Positions 1 to 7,915 of a stretch of DNA of 37,672 nt are shown in pieces. This stretch comes from Woeseia sp. Its GTDB lineage: Bacteria > Pseudomonadota > Gammaproteobacteria > Steroidobacterales > Woeseiaceae. Positions within the stretch are counted from its first letter, which is position 1. The number at the start of each line of letters is the position of its first letter. Where the stretch lies: positions 1-37,672 of the forward strand of contig JBFJUJ010000001.1 of the NCBI GenBank assembly GCA_041624755.1, read 5' to 3'. The position numbers and the translations under genes are program-made. The notes beneath the pieces are model-generated. The model saw only the letters and a list, made by a program, of their open reading frames with translations, made no database searches and was not told the origin of the DNA.

Positions 1-1
1 C

Positions 2-1573
2 GATGCCGAGATCCGCGTCCGCTCGGTCCGTCCCGCGCGGCAGCGCGCGGCGGCGTCGCAGCCGTCGGCTGCCGCGGAAGGCACGGGACGCGGTGTCCCG
101 GCCACGGTGGTCGTCGCAGGCCTCGCGGTGCTGCTGCTGGCCCTCCTCGGGGTGCTGTTCCTGCTGCCGCCCGCGGAACGGCCCGGCAGCCGCGCAGCGG
201 CGCCGGTGCCGCAAGAGGCCCCGGACGCCGGGACGCCGGCCGCGGTCATCCCGGGCGAGGAGGATGCCGGCGCGGACCCGGGTGGCGCCGCGGCCGGAGA
301 CATGCCGTTCAGCGAGAACGTGGCGCCGGTCGACGCCGGCAGCGGCGCGCGCCTGAAAGCGGCGACGGACGAAGCGCTGGGCGACCTGCTGTCACGGCTC
401 GAGCGCCTGCGCTACCGCGGCATCGAACGCTGGGGCGGCGGGGACTACGAGGCCGCGCTCGAGCGTTACGCCGACGGTGATCGCGCCTATATCGACAAGG
501 ACTATGCCGCGGCCGGCGATCACTACCGGGCGACGATCGAGATGCTGGAGCCGTTCTTCGATCGTATCGACACGGTCTTCAGCGAGACGATGCAGGCGGC
601 GCGCGCGGCATTCGAGGCGCGCGACCACCGCGAGGCCATCCGCCTGTACGATCTCGCCGTGGCGATCACCCCCGGAAACCCGGCCGCCGAACTCGGCCTG
701 CAACGGTCGCGCAGCCTGGAGGATGTCCTCGGGTTGATGGAACGCGGCCGCCAGTTCGAGTCGGATCTCGAGCTGAACGCGGCGCGCGAGGCATATAGCC
801 GCGTACTGGAACTGGACGAACGCTGGCAGCCCGCGAGGGAGGCGCTGGAGCGGGTGCTGGCGGCGCTCGACCAGCGGCGCTTCGAGCAGCTGATGACCGA
901 TGGATTCACGGCGCTGTCAGCCGGCAACTTCGACAACGCGCGCGCCGCCTTCGAGGCGGCCAAGCGCATGCGGCCCGGCGCCGCAGAGCCCCGGGACGGG
1001 CTGCTGCAGGTCGACCAGGCCGCGCGACTCGAGCGCATCCGTGCGCTCGAGGTCGCGGCGTCCGAGCACGAAACGAACGAACGCTGGGAGTCGGCGGTCG
1101 ACACGTATCAACAGGCGCTCGAGGTCGATGGCGACCTGCAGTTCGCGCAGGAAGGGCTCGCCCGCGCCGGACAGCGCGCCGCCCTGCACCGACGCCTCCA
1201 GCAGTACATCGACGATCCGGACTCGCTCAGCTCGCCTGGCGTCATGCAGGCCGCGACGAACCTGCTGCTCGAGCTGTCGCGCATCTCGCCGTCCGGGCCG
1301 CGCCTCGAGGACCAGAAGGAGTCGTTGTCGCGTCTGCTGAAGCGCGCGTCGACGCCGCTGACCGTGGAATTGCGCTCCGACAACCAGACGCAGGTATCGA
1401 TCTTCCGTATCGGCACGCTCGGCACCTTCGGCGAGCGCCAGCTCAAGCTCAGGCCCGGCTCCTACGTCGCGATGGGCAGTCGTCCGGGTTACCGGGACGT
1501 GCGCCTGGAATTCCGCGTTGCCCCGGAAATCGAGATGCAGCCCATCGTGGTCATGTGCGAGGAGCGGATTTGA
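2..1573 (+). CDS. 5'-truncated membrane-anchored TPR-repeat protein with C-terminal PEGA-like beta domain
   Basis: The frame is open from position 2 (DAEIRVRSVRPARQ...) through the ORF-track start at 107. It has a TM segment (VVVAGLAVLLLALLGVLFLL), a Pro/Ala linker, TPR-like helices (AIRLYDLAVAITPGNPAA; AREAYSRVLELDER; AVDTYQQALEVDGD) and a PEGA-like end (LKLRPGSYVAMGSRPGYRD). The stop overlaps the next start (TTGA). Confidence 0.8.
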   Translation, partial: DAEIRVRSVRPARQRAAASQPSAAAEGTGRGVPATVVVAGLAVLLLALLGVLFLLPPAERPGSRAAAPVPQEAPDAGTPAAVIPGEEDAGADPGGAAAGDMPFSENVAPVDAGSGARLKAATDEALGDLLSRLERLRYRGIERWGGGDYEAALERYADGDRAYIDKDYAAAGDHYRATIEMLEPFFDRIDTVFSETMQAARAAFEARDHREAIRLYDLAVAITPGNPAAELGLQRSRSLEDVLGLMERGRQFESDLELNAAREAYSRVLELDERWQPAREALERVLAALDQRRFEQLMTDGFTALSAGNFDNARAAFEAAKRMRPGAAEPRDGLLQVDQAARLERIRALEVAASEHETNERWESAVDTYQQALEVDGDLQFAQEGLARAGQRAALHRRLQQYIDDPDSLSSPGVMQAATNLLLELSRISPSGPRLEDQKESLSRLLKRASTPLTVELRSDNQTQVSIFRIGTLGTFGERQLKLRPGSYVAMGSRPGYRDVRLEFRVAPEIEMQPIVVMCEERI

Positions 1574-3996
1574 AATTCGACTCCGTGGTGATCCGCGATG
1601 CCGAGGGAGTCCGGCGCCTCGCTGCGGACAGGCTGCCGTTGCGCATCGGCACCAGCGCGGACTGCGAACTGCGCCTTCCCGGCCCGGGCAGCAGCGTCGT
1701 GGCGATGCTCGACCAGCTCGACGGCGCGCCCTTCGTGCAACCCGCGTCGCGCAGCGGCGCGATACAGATCAACGGCGATCCACTGACGGCCTCGCGGCGC
1801 CTGGAGGCCGGCGACGAGCTCGCCTTCTACGGCACCCGGATTCGCATTGCGCGGCGCGGCGACCGGCTCGAGCTCGCGGTCGAGCTGGAGGACAGCGCCT
1901 ACGTCACGCGGCCCCCGGAAGACGAATCGCTCGCCGCGGCTGCGGCCGAGCAGACGATCGCGCCGGCGGCGTTCCGGCGCGCCGCCGAGGTTCGCGCCAC
2001 CGAGGCGCCGCGCAAGTTCTACGTCTGGCAGAGCGCCGTGGCACTCGGCCTCGTCGCCCTGGTCGGGATCTCCTTCCTGCTGTTCACATCCCGGTCCATC
2101 CAGTTCGACATCGCGCCCGGCGACCCGGACTCGGTGTCGGTATCCGGTGGCTGGTTCCGGCTGCCGCTGGCGGATCGCATCCTGCTCCGCGAAGGCAACT
2201 ACACGGTGCATGTCGAGAAGAAGGGCTACTACGACGTCAACCAGAGTCTCACGGTGGATGCCACACCGAGCCGGACCGTCAGCATCGAACTGCGGCGCCT
2301 GCCGGGTCAGCTCGTCGTGGATACGGACCCGCCCAGCGACGCGCTCGTCAGCATCAACCGGACGATGATCGACCGCGCGCCGTACGGCCCGCTGGAGCTC
2401 GAGCCCGGCATCCACGTCGTCCGCGTCGAAGCGGCGAACTACCTGCCATACGAGCATCGCCTCGAGGTGCCGGGCCTCGGCCTCCAGCAACACCTGACGG
2501 TACAGCTCGTGCCGGGCTGGGCCGAGGTCCGGGTCGTTACCGAGCCCGCCGGTGCAACGGTGTTCCGGGGCGAGGAGCGCCTCGGCGAAACGCCGGCCGA
2601 CCTCCGGCTCGCCGAAGGCAGCCACGACCTGACCGTCGTCAGGGAGGGCTTCCGGCCGTGGGACGGGGTGGTTACCGCGGTCGCCAGCGAGAATCGCGAG
2701 CTGCCGCTCATCCGTCTCGAGCCGGCCAATGCCCAGCTCCTCGTAAACTCGGTGCCGCTGGGCGCCAACGTCACCGTCAACGGGCGCTACCGCGGGCAGT
2801 CCCCGGTCAAGCTGGCGCTGTCGCCGGACGTCGACTACCGCATCGGGCTGTCGAAAGCCGGCTACGGCTCGACCGAGCGCCGCGTGCGGCTGGCCGCCGC
2901 GACCACGGAATCGATCACCGTGGACCTGACCGCCCGGGTCGGCGACGTGACCGTCGACGTGCAGCCGGCGGACGCGGTGGTCTACATCAACGGCCGGCCG
3001 CGCGGCAGCGGCACGGTCACGCTGAAGCTGCCGTCGGCGCCGCAGCAGCTCGAGGTGCGCAAGGACGGTTACCGCACGTTCAGCCGCAGCGTCACGCCGC
3101 GGCCCGGTTTCCCGCAGACCATCCAGGTTCGGCTCCTGTCCGAGGAGGAAGTGCGGCGCCGCAGCATCGCGACGACCGTCAGCAGCTCGCAGGGCCAGGT
3201 GCTGCGTCGTGTCGAACCGGGCTCCTTCGTGCTCGGCGCCTCGCGCAGCCAGCAGGGCCGGCGCGCCAACGAGGTCCTTGTGCCGGTCGAGATCACGCGG
3301 CCGTACTACATCGGCACGAAGGAGGTCACCAACACCGAGTTCCTGCGATTCCGCGAGAACCACGACTCGGGCGCCGACATCCACGCGTCGCTGGCGGGCA
3401 ACAACAACCCGGTCACGAGCGTGAGCTGGGACGACGCGGTCGAGTACTGCAACTGGCTCTCGCTGCAGGAAGGCCTGACACCTGCCTACGAGAAGCGCTT
3501 CGAGAAATGGCAGGCCGTTACGCCGGCGACCGAGGGCTACCGGCTGCCGACGGAAGCGGAATGGACCTGGGCGATCCGCTACGAGGGCAGCCCCGGGGCG
3601 AAGGTGTTCCCGTGGGGCGACCGCTTGCCGCCCCGCCGCGACAGCGGCAACTATGCCGACGAATCCGCCCGCGAGCTGGTGCCGACGGTGCTGCCCGGCT
3701 ACAACGACGGCTACGCGTCGACGGCACCGGTCGGCAGCTTCCCGGCCAACGCGCTGGGCATCTACGACGGCGGCGGCAACGTGGCCGAGTGGGTGCAGGA
3801 TTTCTACGCCGTACCGACGCCGGGCCAGACGACCGCGGTAAAGGACCCGACCGGGCCCGCCCGCGGCGCCCACCGGGTCATCCGCGGCTCGAGCTGGCGC
3901 CATGCCGGCGTGACCGAGCTGCGCCTGAGCTACCGGGATTTCGGCACGGCCGGACGCGTCGATCTCGGCTTCCGCATCGCGCGCAATGCAGAATAG
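1570..3996 (+). CDS. FHA-like / TM / multi-PEGA / FGE-sulfatase (SUMF1-like) domain protein
   Basis: TTG at 1570 overlaps the upstream TGA, with GAGGAG at 1559-1564. N-terminal FHA-like pattern (LRIG...INGDPL...LEAGDEL), TM (AVALGLVALVGISFLLF), several PEGA repeats (VTEPAGATVF; NSVPLGANVTVNG; SKAGY; RKDGY), then FGE-sulfatase motifs (EVTN, PVTSVSWDDA, YRLPTEAEW, FPWG, GNVAEW, RGSSW, GFRIAR). Confidence 0.88.
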   Translation: MKFDSVVIRDAEGVRRLAADRLPLRIGTSADCELRLPGPGSSVVAMLDQLDGAPFVQPASRSGAIQINGDPLTASRRLEAGDELAFYGTRIRIARRGDRLELAVELEDSAYVTRPPEDESLAAAAAEQTIAPAAFRRAAEVRATEAPRKFYVWQSAVALGLVALVGISFLLFTSRSIQFDIAPGDPDSVSVSGGWFRLPLADRILLREGNYTVHVEKKGYYDVNQSLTVDATPSRTVSIELRRLPGQLVVDTDPPSDALVSINRTMIDRAPYGPLELEPGIHVVRVEAANYLPYEHRLEVPGLGLQQHLTVQLVPGWAEVRVVTEPAGATVFRGEERLGETPADLRLAEGSHDLTVVREGFRPWDGVVTAVASENRELPLIRLEPANAQLLVNSVPLGANVTVNGRYRGQSPVKLALSPDVDYRIGLSKAGYGSTERRVRLAAATTESITVDLTARVGDVTVDVQPADAVVYINGRPRGSGTVTLKLPSAPQQLEVRKDGYRTFSRSVTPRPGFPQTIQVRLLSEEEVRRRSIATTVSSSQGQVLRRVEPGSFVLGASRSQQGRRANEVLVPVEITRPYYIGTKEVTNTEFLRFRENHDSGADIHASLAGNNNPVTSVSWDDAVEYCNWLSLQEGLTPAYEKRFEKWQAVTPATEGYRLPTEAEWTWAIRYEGSPGAKVFPWGDRLPPRRDSGNYADESARELVPTVLPGYNDGYASTAPVGSFPANALGIYDGGGNVAEWVQDFYAVPTPGQTTAVKDPTGPARGAHRVIRGSSWRHAGVTELRLSYRDFGTAGRVDLGFRIARNAE

Positions 3997-4079
3997 CCCC
4001 GCCGCCTCCGGCGCACGGGACTTTTCGGCCACGCTGCGGTCAAATAGCCGCAGGAACAGGCCTTTGCAGGAGTGACACC

Positions 4080-4370
4080 ATGCCCCGATCGACGATGCTG
4101 CTCATGCTGCTCGTCCTGGCAGCCCCGGCGGCGGCGCAGGACGAGCCGGCGCCCGAGCCGCAGGCCGATGAAACGGCGACCGCAGAAGCGGCGGGGGACG
4201 CCGAGGATGTCGCGGAAGACGGGCCCGACGCTGCCGGCGACGGCATCGATCCAGAGCTGTTCGAAGATACGGAACTCGACGAGCAGACCTATGAAGAGGA
4301 CGAGGATGAATTTATCCCCACCGAGGAAATACCGGCCGATGAACCGATTCCGTTCCCCACCAACATCTGA
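4080..4370 (+). CDS. Small exported acidic protein (96 aa)
   Basis: AGGAG at 4068-4072 and ATG at 4080. Signal peptide MPRSTMLLMLLVLAAPAAA/QD, an Asp/Glu-rich body and the C-terminus FIPTEEIPADEPIPFPTNI. In the ORF track it appears only as the tail of the 1518..4370 shadow ORF. Confidence 0.8.
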   Translation: MPRSTMLLMLLVLAAPAAAQDEPAPEPQADETATAEAAGDAEDVAEDGPDAAGDGIDPELFEDTELDEQTYEEDEDEFIPTEEIPADEPIPFPTNI

Positions 4371-4406
4371 TTGGCGGCGCCGCGCTGCGTCGAGGTACCC
4401 CACCGG

Positions 4407-5207
4407 ATGAAGAAGAAGACCATACCGGTCGAGTTCGTCTTTCAGCTGTTTGCGCTCATCATCGCGATTATCGTCGTACACGCATTCTACGTGTCGGTGG
4501 TGCGGCCGAACGCGGCCGAAGTCATCGCGGAGCAGAACCAGCTCGCGGAACAGGATCCGGACTACGTGCGCGAACGCTCGCCGTGGGTGCTGATCAAGGA
4601 TTTCGAGCAGGAGGCCTGCTTTATCCTGATGTTCTGGGCGCTCGCGATCATGGGCTACAAGGGCTCGATCATCCTGAAGGAGCGCCGCCTGCTGGAGACG
4701 GATCTCGTCGCCATCGCCGAGGGCATGCGCATCCTGCCCGAGGACACACGCGAATTCGCGCGCCAGGTAGAGCAGCTGCCGGACGCCGAGCAGGACATGA
4801 TGCTGCCGCGGGCGCTGACCAACGCACTGCAGCGCTTCAGCTCGACGCGCAATATCCAGGACGTGGCCAGCAGCACGCACACGCTGTTCGAGTCCGAGGC
4901 CGAGCAGCTCGAATCCGAGCTGTCGATGATCCGCTACATTTCCTGGGCGATTCCGTCGATCGGCTTCATCGGCACCGTGCGCGGCATCGGCGAGGCCCTC
5001 GCGCAGGCCGACAAGGCCGTGCAGGGCGATATCGCCGGTGTCACGCAGAGCCTGGGCGTGGCCTTCAACTCGACCTTCATCGCCCTGCTGATCAGCATCT
5101 TCCTGATGTTTCTCGTGCACCAGCTCCAGCTCTTGCAGGAACGGCTGGTCTTCGACAGCGAGAACTACACCAACAACAAGCTGATCCGCCACATGAAATC
5201 GGATTAG
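4407..5207 (+). CDS. MotA/TolQ/ExbB proton channel family protein
   Basis: Family motifs ISWAIPSIGFIGTVRGI and LGVAFNSTFIALLISI, two N-terminal hydrophobic segments, and ATG at 4407 after GAGG (ORF track starts at TTG 4371). Confidence 0.9.
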   Translation: MKKKTIPVEFVFQLFALIIAIIVVHAFYVSVVRPNAAEVIAEQNQLAEQDPDYVRERSPWVLIKDFEQEACFILMFWALAIMGYKGSIILKERRLLETDLVAIAEGMRILPEDTREFARQVEQLPDAEQDMMLPRALTNALQRFSSTRNIQDVASSTHTLFESEAEQLESELSMIRYISWAIPSIGFIGTVRGIGEALAQADKAVQGDIAGVTQSLGVAFNSTFIALLISIFLMFLVHQLQLLQERLVFDSENYTNNKLIRHMKSD

Positions 5208-5220
5208 CGGGTAGGGAATC

Positions 5221-6585
5221 TTGACGCGCGCGGCCCTGCATCTCAACGACGCCGGCATCACGCTGCTGGACTCGTCCGGCGTGCATTACCGGCAGCCCGG
5301 CTTCGCGCTGCTGCGAGACGACGCGCTCGTCACCGGCAACGAGGCGTTCGCACGCGCCCGTATCAACCCGCGACACGTCCAGCACCGCTTCTGGATCGAG
5401 CTCGGCAGCGAGCCGCTGGAGGATCGCTTCTTCCGCCACCTTTCCGCCGCGGACCTCGCGAGCCGTCAGCTCGAAGAGCTGTGGCGCGCGGCGCCGCCGG
5501 GCGTCGACGAGCTGGTCGTCGCGGTGCCCGGTTGGCTGTCGGCGGAGCAGCTCGGCCTCGTTCTCGGCATCGCCAATGAACTCGGGTTGCCGGTCGTTGC
5601 AATGGCCGACGCGGCGGTTGCAGCGACCCGCCGCGAGTACCGCGATGCGGTGCCGGTCCATGTCGACATGGGCCTGCATGCGACCGTGCTCACGCGCGTC
5701 GGCCAGGACGGGCAGGCGCGAGCCGAACGCAGCGAGGTGCTCGAGGGCTGCGGCCTCTACGCGCTGTACGACGCCTGGCTCACCGGCATCGCCGAGGCCT
5801 TCGTGCGCCAGTCGCGATTCGACCCCCTGCACACGGCCGCCACCGAGCAGCTGTTGCTCGGCGAGCTCGGCGCGTGGCTGGCGCAGGCGGGCCGTGCGGA
5901 CGTGGTGGAGCTTTCGCTCGAAGCCGGCGGCATCGAGCATCGGGCAGATATCGAATCGCTGACGCTGATCGGTGCCGCGGCGCCCTGGTACCAGCAGATC
6001 GCGAATCGGCTGCGCGCGCTCTACCGGGCGGACGAGACGCCGGCCATCCAGGTCACGGACCGGGTGGGCCTGCTGCCGGGTCTGGCGGACATGCTGACTG
6101 CGCGCGTCGGCGGCGAGATCTACGCGCTCGAACCCGGCGCGACGGCCAGGGGCGCGCTCGCACGCTGCCGGGCCGCCCCGGGCAAGGGCGTCACGCTGCA
6201 GCGGCAGCTGCCCTGGGACCAGTCGGCGATCGAGGTCAGTGCGACGACGTCGGCGAGCGCCCATGCCGGCGTGCCGACACACCTCTTGTTCGGCGAGGTT
6301 GCCTGGCGGATCGAGGATCAGCCGCTGACGCTGGGCTCGCAGCCCGACGGCGGCGGGCGCTTCCTCGAGCTGGACGGCAACATGCCGGGCGTGTCGCGCC
6401 GCCATTGCCGCATCGCGAGGCAGAACGGCCAGTGCGTCGTCGAGGACCAGAGCCGCTTCGGCACCTTCCTGAACGGTCATCGAATCGACGGGTCTACTGT
6501 GCTGCAGGTCGGAGACGCGCTTCGCGTCGGCACGCCGGGCTACGAATTCCGGCTGATCACGACGGACGAGACACATGGCACGTAG
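5221..6585 (+). CDS. Degenerate Hsp70/actin-like fold protein with C-terminal FHA domain
   Basis: DnaK-NBD-like segments (LVTGNEA; LVVAVPGWLSAEQL...GLPVVAMADAAVAA; VHVDMG; AEAFVRQSRFDPL) and a C-terminal FHA (GVSRRHCRI, VEDQSRFGTFLNG, LQVGDALRVG). Confidence 0.75.
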   Translation: MTRAALHLNDAGITLLDSSGVHYRQPGFALLRDDALVTGNEAFARARINPRHVQHRFWIELGSEPLEDRFFRHLSAADLASRQLEELWRAAPPGVDELVVAVPGWLSAEQLGLVLGIANELGLPVVAMADAAVAATRREYRDAVPVHVDMGLHATVLTRVGQDGQARAERSEVLEGCGLYALYDAWLTGIAEAFVRQSRFDPLHTAATEQLLLGELGAWLAQAGRADVVELSLEAGGIEHRADIESLTLIGAAAPWYQQIANRLRALYRADETPAIQVTDRVGLLPGLADMLTARVGGEIYALEPGATARGALARCRAAPGKGVTLQRQLPWDQSAIEVSATTSASAHAGVPTHLLFGEVAWRIEDQPLTLGSQPDGGGRFLELDGNMPGVSRRHCRIARQNGQCVVEDQSRFGTFLNGHRIDGSTVLQVGDALRVGTPGYEFRLITTDETHGT

Positions 6586-7669
6586 GCGAAGACAGGCCCA
6601 GATCATCAGCATGTCGTTCCTCGACATCATGAGCTGCGGCTTCGGCGCCGTCGTGCTGTTCTTCATGATCATCAATTCCCAGGTGGTGCGCACGACCGAC
6701 GCGCCGCCGGAGGAACTGGTGGGCGAGACCATGCGCCTCGAATTCGAGGTGCTGGAGGCGCGCAAGAACCTCGTGCTGGCGAAGAACACGATGGAGGAGC
6801 TGGAGGACGAGGAGGCGACCGCCAGCAGCAGGATCGCGCAGATCACGGCGCTGATCGAGAAGCTGAAGATCGAACTCGCGAAGCACGACCAGGATACGCT
6901 GGCGAAGATCGAGCGCGTCGAGAAGCTGCAGTCGGATATCGAGCGGCTGGAGGAAGAGAAGAAGCGCCTGCTTGCCGAGGAGCAGCGCCTCGAGTCCGGC
7001 AAGAACGTGCGGCGTTTTACCGGTGAGGGCGACCGGCAGTACCTGACCGGCCTGAAGGTCGGCGGCAAGCGCATCCTCGTCCTGGTCGACAACTCGGCGA
7101 GCATGCTCGACCGCCGCATCATCAACATCATCCGCCGCCGCAACATGGATGATGCCGTCAAGCTGCGCTCGATGAAGTGGCGCCAGGCCGTGGCGAGCGT
7201 CGACTGGCTGTCGGCACAGTTCCGGCCGGACAGCCTGTTCCAGATCTACACCTTCAACACGGAGCCGAAACCGGTGCTGAAGGGCAGCGAGGGCATCTGG
7301 CTCGAGGTCGGCGACGGCAAGCAGCTCGACGAGGCGATTCGCATCCTGCGACGCACCGTGCCCGACGGCGGCACCAACATGCTCGATGCCTACCGGGTCA
7401 TCACCAGTCTCAATCCGCGTCCGGACAACGTTATCCTGCTGGTCGACAGCCTGCCGACGATGAACGCGCCGCAGACGGATCGCGGTATGGTAACGGGCCA
7501 GGAGCGACTCAGGTTCCACTACGAGGCGGAAGCCGAGATCCCCAGCGGCATCCCGGTCAACGTCCTGCTGTACCCGATGGAGGGCGACTACAACGCCGCG
7601 ATCGCGTACTGGCTCCTCGCCTACCGCACGGGCGGGTCGTTCATGAGTATCAGCAAGGACTGGCCATAG
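6575..7669 (+). CDS. Membrane-anchored coiled-coil VWA protein 1 with ExbD/MotB-like TM helix
   Basis: N-terminus MARRRR...SFLDIMSCGFGAVVLFFMII, a long heptad-rich region, MIDAS DNSAS, GGT and LLVD. Confidence 0.85.
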   Translation: MARRRRQAQIISMSFLDIMSCGFGAVVLFFMIINSQVVRTTDAPPEELVGETMRLEFEVLEARKNLVLAKNTMEELEDEEATASSRIAQITALIEKLKIELAKHDQDTLAKIERVEKLQSDIERLEEEKKRLLAEEQRLESGKNVRRFTGEGDRQYLTGLKVGGKRILVLVDNSASMLDRRIINIIRRRNMDDAVKLRSMKWRQAVASVDWLSAQFRPDSLFQIYTFNTEPKPVLKGSEGIWLEVGDGKQLDEAIRILRRTVPDGGTNMLDAYRVITSLNPRPDNVILLVDSLPTMNAPQTDRGMVTGQERLRFHYEAEAEIPSGIPVNVLLYPMEGDYNAAIAYWLLAYRTGGSFMSISKDWP

Positions 7670-7913
7670 CCCGGACTCTTCACGAGGGCGGCGCCAATCC
7701 GGGGTAAGAGCATGAACCGAATGGACATTGACTGTGGTTGCTAGACGAAATCTTTCGCCTGATCGGCGCCTGTCGCGGTCTTGCCGCCCGGTGGCGGCGC
7801 ATCGCTTGCTGTTCACTCCAGTGGTAGCTGGCGCTACCACTCTCGCTCCACAGCGGCGCGCTGCATCCACCACCGCGCGGCAATCCTCGCGACCCCTCAT
7901 GAAGAGTCCGGGC
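7669..7913. mobile_element. 245-bp MITE-like element with 20-bp terminal inverted repeats and TA target duplication
   Basis: Left end with flanking TA is TAGCCCGGACTCTTCACGAGGG (7667-7688). The reverse complement of the right end (7894-7915) is TAGCCCGGACTCTTCATGAGGG, a 21/22 match. Removing the element and one TA restores TGG CCA TAATG GCA. No transposase is inside. Confidence 0.8.
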
Positions 7914-7915
7914 TA

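Noticed and set aside
3860-3996. Diversity-generating retroelement target (FGE/CLec C-terminus)
   Set aside because: No template repeat or reverse transcriptase was seen in the window.
1489-4032. Long antisense and alternate-frame ORFs (e.g. 1489..4032, 1518..4079, 22086..24617, 24669..27170, 13146..14939)
   Set aside because: High-GC shadow ORFs overlapping genes with clear motifs; Arg/Ala-rich with no recognisable domains.
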